Source: Cetorhinus maximus
Lineage: Eukaryota
Direction of reading: 5' to 3'
NCBI RefSeq assembly: GCF_964194155.1
Contig: NC_135885.1
Span: 131,502,001 to 131,566,000, forward strand
DNA: 64,000 nt
Part shown: piece after piece, positions 50,850 through 61,955 of the stretch
Layout: each line of letters opens with the position of its first letter
How positions within the stretch are numbered: the stretch's first letter is position 1
Made by a program: the position numbers and the translations under genes
The notes under the pieces: model-generated
Seen by the model: the letters and a program-made list of their open reading frames with translations, nothing else
The model's database searches: none
What the model was told of the DNA's origin: nothing

Positions 50850-52683
50850 ATGACATCTGGCTGCCATTCTGACGATGCACTCGAGTGCGGCAGCAAACGC
50901 CTGGTGGGTGGGCGGGTCGGTTGGGCACATGACCCCCCCACTTTTTGGATGAGTGCCACGCGGTCCTGCTGAAGGAGATTGCTGCCACGGAGGACACCCT
51001 TGTCCTTAGAAATGGGAGGAGGAGGCCACCGCACCTCACCAAGAGAGTATGGGAGGAGGTGGCATCCCGGGTGAGCAGCCATGATGTGGTGTGGTGCACG
51101 CGGGTGCAGTGCCGGAAATGCTTCAATGTCCTGCTGTGCTCAGGAAGGGTGAGTACCGTATTGGCATGGGTCAGTGTGCAGATGAATGAAAGCGTGGCCA
51201 TAACCCCCCGCATGGACCTCAGGGGTGCTAGAGCCTGATTGCCAACTGTCAGTCATGCCAGAGCTGGCCAAGGGGGTGAGCCCTTGCTGCTTGGACTGAG
51301 TACCTTGCAGCTCGAGGGCCATGACTCGGATGTGCCCTACGAGTTGTTCCTCAGCTGGGGTTGGCCAGGCTGCAGTGGTGTTGCAGGTAGAGAGTGGAAC
51401 AATCAATGCTCTTCTGTCCTTTCAGGAGAAGTCGAGCCATAACCAAGCTGAGAGGGCACGGAGAGGCAGAGGCCTGCCCAAACTGCTGCTTTTCTCCTGG
51501 TTAGAGCAAGATGCCCTAGAGCTGGAGGGCCAGCACGCTACCCATGCACTGGGCATGGAGAGACAGAGGTGCCAGACAGAGGTAAGGGCACAGTGCATAG
51601 AGGTGAGACTTTTGGGTTATGCAACCATTCTAGTGTAGTCTCCTCATTGATGGGAGCCCGAACCTGGAGGACGAGGGCACCATGATGCAGATCTCTGTTG
51701 TCTCACCAGGGTACCTGGCATGCACAGTGACAGCGTGATGACTTTAACTAATGACATGTCCTTCTTCTCCCTTTTAGTTTCGCCAGAAAGTGTCCCATCC
51801 GCAGACCCTGAAGGGTCACCCCTGACGCAGAGGACCACCGGGCATCACTGCCACCTGTGCCACACACTCTCTGGAGCAGGCACCAGTGCAGATATCAGCA
51901 TCTCAGTGGGTATTAGATCAGTGGCTCGTATCTCAGTGCACATTGGTGAGGGCACTTCATATTTACTCGAGGTGCAGGAGGAGGTAGAGAGTTGCCCGGG
52001 CACCAGCAGTTGGAGGACTGCTGGGGACCAGGACAATGCTCAGTCAAAGGCTGATGATGAGCCTCTGGAGCCGTCCATTAGGCAGCAGATGTTGGATGTC
52101 CAGCAAGATGTGTGGGGGCATCTGGCGGAGATCCATGACAGTATACATGCCATGGTCTCCGTGATGGAGGAGTCCATGCAGAGCATGACCACTGCATTGA
52201 CCCTCATGGCTGAGTGTACTGTCTCCTCCATGGAGAGAGGGGTTCCTGGGGTTGCACTCGGACCTGCAAGCCCTCACACAGGCACTGGCCTCAGGTGGTC
52301 AGTGCCAATGTGGGAGATAGATGAGGCACCCAGTAGCCAAGCTAGGTACCTGTCCATCAATGGTGTGCAGGGAGGTCCAGAGTGAGATCACGTTGGCGCA
52401 CGAGCTGCCTGTTGTCTCTGTCGGTTCCACTCAGGGCTCTCTGGATGATGGAAGTCCTTCCGCCAGTGGCCGTGGCACCTGATGAAGCTGTGGTGACTGG
52501 GGAGATGCCAGCCATGGCACTGGCTGCTCCCTCCCAAACGGGGCCATCACAGGCTCCACTGGCCAGAGGACGACCACCAAGGTCATCGAGACCAACAAGA
52601 CAGCAGACTGTCTCCGATGCTGGTGCCAGCGAGGGGGAGCACCTAGACGTAGCACTCACAAGCGTAATTTAAAGGCACCATGA
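50850..52683 (+). pseudogene. Harbinger Myb/SANT-like DNA-binding protein gene, three exons (~50850-51148, 51426-51581, 51778-~52683), frameshifted
   Basis: PHFLDE..VLL...KRVWEEVASRVSS...RVQCRKCFNVL trihelix pattern; AGG|GTGAGT donor and TTTCAG| acceptor join in phase; second intron has GTAAGG, CTAAT and a pyrimidine tract ending TAG. Confidence 0.8.
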
Positions 52684-53014
52684 GCACAAGAGGGACAGGT
52701 CACAATTGATTTTATGTTCATTTATGTTTAATTAATGTATACTGGTCTGGGACATAAGACCAGATAAGTTGATGTAAATAGTCTGTACTTTTCAAAATGA
52801 TATAAATTTTGTTTTTGTTGTCATGGCCTGAGTATGCTTCACCTTTTTATTTTATTAGTGCAGGGTACGCCAGTATGTAATGCTGGACGTACATGGCTCT
52901 GAACTTAATCGCACAGGTACTGAGTGTTTTTTGTGTTCAAATGAAAGGGTCCTTTCAGACATGTGGGATGGAGGAGGCAGCCATGGCCTGTGGTTGAAGC
53001 TGATCTTTGGCAGC

Positions 53015-53158
53015 CTAACTGAAGGAGTGTTGGATCAAGGCATCCCTGGTGTCCCAGCCTCCCTGGAGCTTACCAAAGTCTGGCTCCACGCCCTCAGCAT
53101 TATCCTCACCGTGCTCAACTTTGGACTCACCACTGGACTCATTGCCTGTGGCCTGAGC
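53015..53158 (-). pseudogene. C-terminal remnant of a HARBI1-like Harbinger transposase
   Basis: Reverse complement reads AQATGNESSGESKVEHGEDNAEGVEPDFGKLQGGWDTRDALIQHSFS*: an acidic tail plus an R-D-x-L-I-x-x-x-F terminus typical of the family. Confidence 0.65.
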
Positions 53159-53159
53159 C

Positions 53160-53612
53160 TACCCCTTGGATCTCACCCATACAAGTCATCCAGAAACCCA
53201 AAAGCGAGAACCAGATTAGAATTCATATTGATATGCAGTTACCAGACCAAGCTATACAATGAGAAAGACACTTGACACCAATGATTGCTGATATCATAGA
53301 GAAAGTGAATGGTGTTAAATACTTTGCTAAGCTTGACCTCAATACAGGATACCATCAAATTGAGCTTTCAGAAGAATTGAGGTGTCATACAGTATTCTCC
53401 GCTCACATCAGAATTTTTCAATACAAGAGGCTCAACTTTGGAGCCAATTCAGCAGCTGAAGTATTTCAGCACAGTTTGCACTTCAAGGACTTGAAGGCAT
53501 GCTGAACATTAGTGATGACATTCTCATTTATGATTGCACTGAAAGCAAACTCGAGACACACAACATCATGCCTACAACATCTTAGAGAATGAAACCTCAC
53601 CTTGAACAAAGG
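53160..53612 (+). pseudogene. Gypsy RT fragment in opposite orientation to the host Gypsy
   Basis: TPWISPI, FAKLDLNTGYHQIEL, YKRLNFG, NISDDILI and LTLNK peptides. Confidence 0.88.
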
Positions 53613-53727
53613 CTTATAGATTCAGCAGTCCTACACACTGATGTAATGGTAACTAAACATAAATATGTAGTATAAATAGATACACTTTTATGGAAGGGGA
53701 TAAATTATCTTTAAAATGAAAGGGGGA

Positions 53728-53959
53728 TGTTGTAATATGCCTTTAAGGGATAACAGCATGCCATCATGTGATCTAGCCTCAGTTACACTTTACCCAGTGA
53801 GCAGAGCACACAACACATAGTTCTGCTGCTGATTTCTTCAAGCTTTCTAAACATGTATACATGTTCTCATGTGCCTAGTTTAAATAAGTGAACCCACATT
53901 GTGTTTACACAATCTGTTATGAGTGTTTGGTGCGTTTATATCATTATAAAAATATGACA
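53728..53959 (+). mobile_element. 3' LTR of a second LTR retrotransposon, with upstream PPT
   Basis: GAAAGGGGGA|TGTTGTAAT ... AATATGACA; unrelated to the host LTRs; the host pol resumes at 53960. Confidence 0.75.
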
Positions 53960-55362
53960 ACTGGGGGTGCATTCACTTTGCATGTATCACCTTTCAGTTT
54001 GCCAATACCAATGAATTGGTCAGCATACAATTCAAGAATGTTGTTGATATGTGTAGGAATTGTATATATAACTGCAATCATGTATACATCTGTTACCGTG
54101 TGGAAACTGATAAGAGAGTTCCATCCTCTGGATATGACAGAGAATACAACATTTGTTTTAGTGTCTTTGAATGAGACTGATGTTTCAAAAGTCCTGAGAA
54201 CTTTCAACGGTTTGTCATTGTTGTAAGGGAAAATTTTCATATTCCCTGGTTTGCAGAGAATGGGGAAATCCTGAAGTTTGTTGAACTTTTTGTCTCCCAC
54301 AACGTTGACAGATGCTCCTGTATTGATCAGAGCATCAACGTCCGAGCAGCCAAAGATCACAGCCAATGAACATGTGGCCGGTAGCTGTGGCTGAAAGAGA
54401 ACACAAAAATATATTCAGGGTCATTTGCCTCTACATGGACTACATTCTGTTGCCCTTTTGCTGTGATACGAGCATGTAGCACCCTTCTGGTGGTATTGGT
54501 CTTAAAAGTTGATTTTGCAGATGAGCGATAAGCACAAGCAGAGTGGTTAGTTTTCCACAGGCTTTGCATTGCTTGTCAACTTTCTGATTTTCTTGAGTGG
54601 TTTGCAGCATTGTCGACTAGCGAGACAACTTCCAATTATTTGTGTCTTGATTTCCCGCTCAACATTTTCAACATCACCAAAACCACGTTTGTTTGCTGGT
54701 TGCCTCAACTACATGCAATATTGATCAATTGCCTCGTATCCTTCTCGGTTAGTCTGCTGGAGGGCAATTGTTTTGCATATTGCATTTTTATTGGGTGCGA
54801 AATTGACTGTTAGAGCATTTTTTTGTTGAGTTGTAACCGTCTTCAACTTGAGCAAGTGTAAGTGTTTCCAAAAAATATCTTTCAATTTTTCACCTCCATA
54901 GTGGAGAAGTAAGGCCTTTTTCCTTTTGTTATCTGCGATCGCAAAACCGGTCATTGTGCCTTCAAAATGTCAACCACTTTTGCCAACATCATGATACAGA
55001 TGATGACTTCGAGTGCGCATCAAAACATGATAGATTGGGCATAGCCACGCCACTTTAATCAGCAATACATTGATAGCGCATGATCAAGAATCCAGGATCA
55101 TATTCCTTCTGAAGAGAAGAACTTCTCTGTAATGATCCAACTGGCTGGTTATTTGTGCGAGTCTGTGTGTGTATTTATGTGTGTGTGTATATACCATGCA
55201 GGTCTTCTTCTTGCTAATCCAGAATTGGAGTGCCTCTTATGCACCTAACAAAACCTCAATATGCTCCCTAAATCTCCAACATAAAATGCTGTGCTGTCCA
55301 CAGAAAGTAGGCAAAGGTCTTCCACATGTTTTATACCTGAAGGTAATGCTTCCTATTTCGCA

Positions 55363-55377
55363 CCATCTTCATCACCA
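55363..55377 (-). other. Primer-binding site, tRNA-Ser(GCT)-like
   Basis: Reverse complement TGGTGATGAAGATGG, 1 nt after the 5' LTR; matches TGGCGACGAGGATGG with CpG-type decay. Confidence 0.72.
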
Positions 55378-55378
55378 C

Positions 55379-55550
55379 TGTGATGTTGTTAGGAAGCAAC
55401 AGTAAAATTGAGTAAAACATTTAGAATCAGAACTGCATGTGCTGTTAAAACATGGATTCCTTTATTCTCCTTCTAGACTCCCTCTGCTGGTACATGGTTA
55501 TGGTCACCTTAAGTGAATAAAATGCACAATGCAATTTTCAATACTCTACA
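55379..55550 (-). repeat. 5' LTR of the Gypsy element (172 bp)
   Basis: TGTGA...TACA ends; adjacent to the PBS and the TSD. Confidence 0.9.
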
Positions 55551-55811
55551 CACCTGATCTTGTGGGTTTGTTTTCAGGAAATGCATTGGGCAATTAATTT
55601 TTACTGACCTGACCAGCAGGGAATGGGTTGGTCAGCAAGTTAGTGGGATCCAACAAGGCAGCAATCCCCAACAAACTGTGGAGTTTTAACTCTACAGCAT
55701 GTCTCTGACATTGTGGATTGGTTCCCCACCAAAAGGCCCAGTTATTTGATAACTGGGACTCCACTTGAGCCGTGATTAAAGTATAAAAACGTTCATAATA
55801 TTTTTCTGGTT

Positions 55812-56677
55812 TCTTGTGAAGTCAGTTTATGGGGGTAGGTATAGCTGGGCCTGTCTGTGTGATTTAATTACATTTGGAGTACAAGCTTGGATCATCAAAA
55901 GAAGCTACGTGCTTGACATGCTAATGAGTAAACATGGATGCTTGTTTAGCATGTAAGGTGTGAAGGGAATTTGCATTCTTAGATAAATGAAGAGATTTGA
56001 ATTTCAAAGGGATCTTAGTCTATTTACAACAAGCCAGATAAACAGGGCTAAGGAGTGTGTTTATTTTTCCCAATGGTTACTGACACTATTGGCAACATGA
56101 AAGTTTTTATATTGTGAGGAAGATACAGTTTCAAAGACATATGGAACAATAGAATTTACATATTAAAAAGAGAGAAACAAATATAAAGGAGGCTGCAAGG
56201 CTATCTGGAAGAATACCATGTAAAATCTAACAGGTGTGTGTGTGAAGTAACCTTAATGAAGCCTCCAGCCATGTGTTCATGAATCTGCTATATAATGAAA
56301 CTGAAGTTGGGGAAAAAGCCATTTGGAATTTCACTATCAATTGGGTATTGTGTTAACTTGCTGGTTTTGTTTAAAATCTAAAATCTATTTTGGACCATTG
56401 CCTTAAAGGAGATATAACTGGGGGTCAGGTTAATTAGGAATTTTATGAGTTATTATAGTAGTAATTATAGTCTTATGTATGTATTCGAAATCTTTTATTT
56501 TGTTAATAAATATTTTAATTTAATTTTTAACATCTTTAAAGGTCTTGGTGGACTTCTGAATTTAATGCACACATCTTCTTGTAATAAATACAAATTGCAA
56601 AACCATTGTGATAGTGCGACCAAGTTTCCTTTGTCGATCTGGTCTGCCTGGCACACATCATCTTCCACGTCATAATA
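55812..56677 (+). mobile_element. Probable solo LTR (~870 bp) inside a degenerate MITE (~55588-57378)
   Basis: Decayed ends TCTTGTGA...TCATAATA, flanks GGTT/GGTC and AATAAA signals near 56504 and 56584; the outer element ends aaagttcagccc. Confidence 0.5.
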
Positions 56678-57957
56678 GGTCGGAAAGCTGGGCACTGATG
56701 CCTGCAACAGCAGGTAAGGCTGCTCAGGGAATGGGAGTGGGGGGCTAATTGGTAGTGGGGGCTAATTGGCAGTTTTGCCAGAGTCAGGATGGTGAGCAGA
56801 GTCGATGTGGCAATCGGAGGGGTGTGCAGGTGCAGCAGGGGAGACAATCCTGGGGTTTGCAGATTCCCTGGAAGTTGGGTGTTTGAGCCATGGGAGGGAC
56901 GGGGCAGGTTGGAGGTCAGAGGATGGAGGTTGGAGGGCACAGTGGTTGGAGGTTGAACGCCTGAGCAGGTGACAGTGATTAACCCTGGTGAGGGGAGTTG
57001 AAGTTGGCCTTTTTGGGAAGGTCATTAAGGGTGACCTTGATCACCGAGTCTCCTTAGGCAAACACCTGGCTCCAGGAACAAAGTGTGAAGTCACTTACCT
57101 CCTGAATCCACCAAATCCTCACCTTGAGGAAGCTGCCTGTTGCCTCAACAGTGGGAAAATCCGGCCAACAGTAGTTCAACTTTAAAGGCAGAAAGACACT
57201 AAGGTTCACAGTCTCATTATCATATTTAAAGCTGGAATCAAGCTCCTTGAATCCATTCACCTACCGGCTTCAGTTAAATCTGGAAATGAATGGTTTGTAG
57301 GTGAGTTTGAGTTGGAAAATAATTTTTTGACACTTTAACCTCCCACCTGAACCATTTTTTTTAGTTAAAGTTCAGCCCAATGTGTTCAGAATACATATTT
57401 CTATAATAAAGTGGACCTAAAGAGGAAAACTCAACAAACCTTTTCCCCTGACATTAATGTAGAGTCGACTTCAATAGATTAAAAGCAAGGTTTAAAATAT
57501 ATGTGTTATGCTTGGCAATTTGAAGTTTTGCTTTGAAGTTTAGATTTTTTGGGGATTTTCAATATTATGAAGAAAATTGAAAATGATGACACACTCACGA
57601 TGATGAAGGGTTCACATTAGTGATAGGGACACATTAAAATTTTGCAAGTTCAGATTAAGGAGGGAGGGCAATGGGACTTCTTTAACACAAATAACAGTAG
57701 ACGTGTGGATATTTCATAAGTCAAGGCCAATGAAGGTGTGTTCCTCATGAGAAAAGGGACTGTGAGGTATGGCAAAGAAGTAGGTTGGTTGTTTTCAGGT
57801 CCATCAAAGGGATTTTTGGAACTAATATCCTTTTCCTATGCTGAAAATTCTTATGCTCTGGCAAAATCTGCAGCCATATTAATATCTAATTGGAACGACC
57901 AACTCAGAGAAACTACTGACAGAAGCTATTTATTCAATCATATGTTCCAACACTAGA

Positions 57958-58617
57958 AGGCTTGATTTTTCAAATCGGGGTAGGGAACCTGACGCTCAGG
58001 TAATTCCCGGGTCCCGAACCTGCTTTACATCTATGTTGCTCATGCAATGTTATCTTCAAATATAAATGCCCGAATTGGGCTGGAGGCGAGCTGGATGTGC
58101 AATTAGCGGTGCTGAGCGATATCAAGAAGCAGGAGCTGCCTGCAAGGCATGAGTGGTAAAGGCAGCGGCAGACATTATGGGGCCTGCCGCTGCATTGTAG
58201 AGAAGAGGAGGCTTTGCCTTGGAGGGATAGCAGCCTCAATGCACAGTGGCTAAATGGTCAAACTGAAGGTAATGCATAAAATTTCGTGAAAGATCCCCCA
58301 AGTCCCAAATGCTTTCAACATTAAAAAAATACCTTTAATATCTGTTCACATTGAACTGACCATGCACCAGACTGGCCAGATTTGGCGCTTTGCAAATTGA
58401 AAATTGTCTTCTTGCCCTCCCCGGCCTGTTAATGAGCCCCTCAAGGAGCTTAATGGGCTGTCAATTGGAGGCTAGTGAGTTCCCCTTTTTATCCCTCCCC
58501 TCCTGCCCTCTGTAAATAGAGTTGTGTGAGGCAGGTGGCAGCATATAGTGCTGCCCTCTGGGAACACAACTTCCACAACCACGTTCCTGGCTCCAGTAAC
58601 AATAGAAAATGCAGCTC
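57958..58617. mobile_element. Older Harbinger-type MITE (660 bp)
   Basis: AGGCTTGATTTT / AAAATGCAGCTC degenerate TIRs; TSD AGA on both sides. Confidence 0.62.
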
Positions 58618-60897
58618 AGAGTCTGTTGGGGCCATTCAAGATTAGATTTGAATGGATTTAACCCCCTTCTTATTTTCCTGTTTTTAGATTGTTGTGAATA
58701 CCAGGGCCAGTAGAGAAAGAATACCAGAATGTACCAACTTGTTGTTTGAAACCAGTTCTGGCTGTTTACTTATATAGCTGTCAGTTACAGTATATATATT
58801 TTTTTCTTTTCTTTTTGATGGCTAAAGTAAAGGTTTGTGTGGTGATTAAAGTGAAACTTCTCCCTAAATATCCAACTGCATTGCTTTTCAGGGTGGTAAA
58901 GATTAGAAAAATTATTATGAAACTATTACCTTATCCTCTATGATTTTCAGTGCAAGCACTTCATTACAAAAGTCCAGGATTGTGTTGTTACCTTCAAGTG
59001 TTGGGGAATTATTGACCTAGATTTTGTAGTAGTAATGACAGTGAAACTGTTAGCATTTGCTGCTATTACTAATCTGGAACTGACAGCAACTTCCAGAATC
59101 TGCACATACACATTTGAACTAGAAATCCAGTAATTATTATTAGTGATTTTACCCTTCTCCAGATGGCGTGCTGTTAAAGTCACCCTCTCTGTACCACCCA
59201 AACTTCAATCAATTAGAATTCATTGAACTGATGGGAACTTGCCCTTTTGATCTATTAGTCCCACTGTAAAAACTCTTGAAAAAGTTACACTTTTGTTGAA
59301 TGAGGTGCAACTGGGTTTTAAACAGCACACTAGGTTAATAATTACTACTGAACAGCCTCACTGGCCCTGAATCTCTCCATTAAGATATAAAAAATTACGC
59401 ATATTTTAAAATATTTTTAAAAGTTTGTCCTTGATATTTCAACTTTTATCTTAATCCCAGGCAGATGTCCCAATTATTTATTTTGTTCTCTGTAAAGTTC
59501 AATTAAAAGTGAAATATAAACTTTGCGTTCCACTTCCTGGTTTGCTTTCTGTAAGAATGTGATTAGCCGCTTACCCTGCTTGTTGTCATCACTGTTACTG
59601 AACACCTGGATATCAGGTGTCAGATTTAAACTAATGTCAGGAAAGGGGCAATTCATGTCACAGAGATCTTTAGATCTTTGTGGGCACGTTTCTTTGAAGT
59701 CACCAGTGAGTGTTTCACCATTGATGATGAAATATGAGCTATAGGCTTTAGTACTGAATCTGTTGGCCATGTGCCAACAGATTATTTCAACATTATTTCA
59801 AAGTTCAATATGATGCACTCATTTCTTTTTCTGTTGTGTAAACTGTATGGAAGGCAACCTATTCTCTTATTTACCAAAGTTTTTGTGACTGAGGTATAAA
59901 GGAGGGATGGCATCCTCAACATGACTGACTGACCAAGTTTATACATAATTTCCCTCTCTACTAGTACCTGACTTTAGGAGCAATATCTGACCTGATAGTT
60001 AGGCATAATTTGGTCAGTGTGTAATGAATTCTGCATATTCAACTTATAGAAGAAAAGTGTTTGACTGTACAGGAACAATACAGATCTACAATATAAATAA
60101 TAAAAGCACTTGATAGCTATCTGCTGTTGGTATAAATAGCTCTTTCAACTGCTGACCATAGGACTCATTCATATGAATCTGTTTATTCCTCCTCCCCAGT
60201 CTTGCTGTTATGAAACATGTTCCCAGGCCGAGAAACTGGACAAGGGAACTGGTCTCTGATATTTCTCATTATTGCCGTGAAGTTGGCCGCTAAGGAGTAC
60301 TGGGGTAGCTCAGGATAACTGGTTCTTGCTGTTGCTCTAATCAGCAGTTTCCCTCACTGGGGACAAACCCAACCCTTACCTTCTATTGCACATTGTATTG
60401 GCGTTCCAAAACACTGTTCCGCTATGTTGCCCAAAATTTCAATTGTTCGAGAGCTCCCATGATGGTCTAGTAGGTAGAAATACTACTCAGTGTAACACTA
60501 ACTATCCAGGTGATCCAATTTATTTTAGCTTCACAAGCAAATCAATGTGGAAATTTACTGCGCTGGAGTCTTTTAATTAGCCTATGTAATAAGTTTACAA
60601 ATTTACACGCGCCACTTATTAGCTGGATATTGTTTACCACTCAAAAAAATGGACAAAAAATTAAGCAGTGTTTATAATGTGTTTCTTCAAGGCCAGAGTT
60701 TCCCAATTAACATGGCTTTTGCAGTCAAATTATTAGGTTTCAAATAAATTAGATTTAACCTAATTTTGTTTCATTCTCTTCTATTTCTGTGTAAATCCGA
60801 AGTGATATTGCTTTGATAGAATCATTGAGCCTCACAGTGTGTGGCATATACTATTGGAATGGCACAATTGTTGAACAGCTTGTGTTACTGACAGCAG

Positions 60898-61607
60898 GGA
60901 GAGAATTTTCACATCAGCGTGTGGGGGTGGGCCCCCCACGCCGACGCATGAAATGACGCATGGTGACATTGGGCGTGCGTCCCGACATCACCGCACATCA
61001 TTCCGATCTTTTGTTCAGGGGACACGTGCCGGAGGCGGCTGCGCGACCGCTGAACTATCAAAGGCCTGTTAAGGCCATTAAGTAAACCAATTAAATTAAT
61101 TTTCAATGCTGCTTGTCCAACCTTAAGGTCGACGGGCAGGTAAAGAGCCCAAGCGGCCTTTGCATTCTGCATGAAACCTCATCCATGGGCAGGATGAGGT
61201 TTCATGAAGGTTTTATTAAATTAATAAATATGTTTTCACACAATTCATAAACATATCCCAGCTCATGTGACACTGTCACATGAGGGGACATGTCTAAATA
61301 ATTTTATTCTTTCTTTATTTGAAACTTTCATTTTGAACTTAATCTCCCTGAGGCAGCGCCGTGCCTCAGGGAGATTTCTGCGCTCTTTGGCATGTACGCG
61401 TGAAAGAGCACGGGCCCCGACTCTCCCTCCACTCCCCGCCCGCACAGGTAGTGCTAAGTGCTACCGGGTGTGCGTCATGCTGGGCGTGCCTTAATTGGTT
61501 CGCCCATGTAAAATGGCGGTGCGCAGCTGATCGCGGGCAGCGATCTGCTTCGTGCCCGCCCACGCCCGCTCCCGACCGGCCCACCCAACAGGGAGAAAAT
61601 TCTCCCC
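60898..61607. mobile_element. Harbinger-type MITE, family A (orientation A)
   Basis: GGAGAGAATTTTC / GAAAATTCTCCCC TIRs; flanks CAG/TAG; best-preserved internal hairpins. Confidence 0.9.
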
Positions 61608-61799
61608 TAGGTGTTGGCTGGGAATGTTCTCTTAGATAACTCATTGCACTTTTGGTGGTAACTAAATGCAAATTTGCATGTTTAGCAGCAGGCTGTTAGT
61701 GCATCATCCTAATTCCCTTCTTGATGGCCTATCACTGATACTGATTTAAGGCAGCGGCAAATTAAATTATGCTAACATACTCATAGTGCAAATGCATTT

Positions 61800-61955
61800 A
61801 AGGTGAAACTAGTTAAACAAATGAGGGAGAAAGGAATAGAATATTATTGTGTTAGGGTCAGATGAAGAGGTGGGGAGTGGACCCATGTGGAGCATAAACA
61901 TCAGCATGTATCAGGTGGGTTGAATAGCCTGTTTCTGCGCTGTACACTTTATATA
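61800..61955 (+). mobile_element. Old CR1-type 3' end
   Basis: atgagggagaaaggaataga...gtggagcataaaca...gggttgaatagcctgtttctgcgctgta. Confidence 0.65.

Larger units (their letters stand above)
50183..53158. mobile_element. Truncated autonomous-type PIF/Harbinger DNA transposon
   Basis: Left TIR GGGCTGGATTTT with subterminal sequence shared with family A MITEs; Myb/SANT gene (+) convergent with a transposase C-terminus (-); right end missing. Confidence 0.85.
42096..55550 (-). mobile_element. Full-span Ty3/Gypsy LTR retrotransposon with nested insertions
   Basis: Matching ~170-bp LTRs, TSD CACCT (42091-42095 and 55551-55555), PBS, PPT, gag (54709-54954 KKALLLHYGG), protease (LINTGAS, 53960-54366) and integrase pieces (49860-50180, 45970-46460). 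Confidence 0.92.

Noticed and set aside
51720-52385. 221-aa ORF as a standalone or domesticated gene
   Set aside because: It is exon 3 of the Harbinger Myb gene; frameshifts and a retained TIR indicate a decayed transposon.
57598-57630. Penelope-type minimal hammerhead ribozyme (TGATGAAGGG)
   Set aside because: No exact CTGATGA core and no downstream GAAA with supporting stems.
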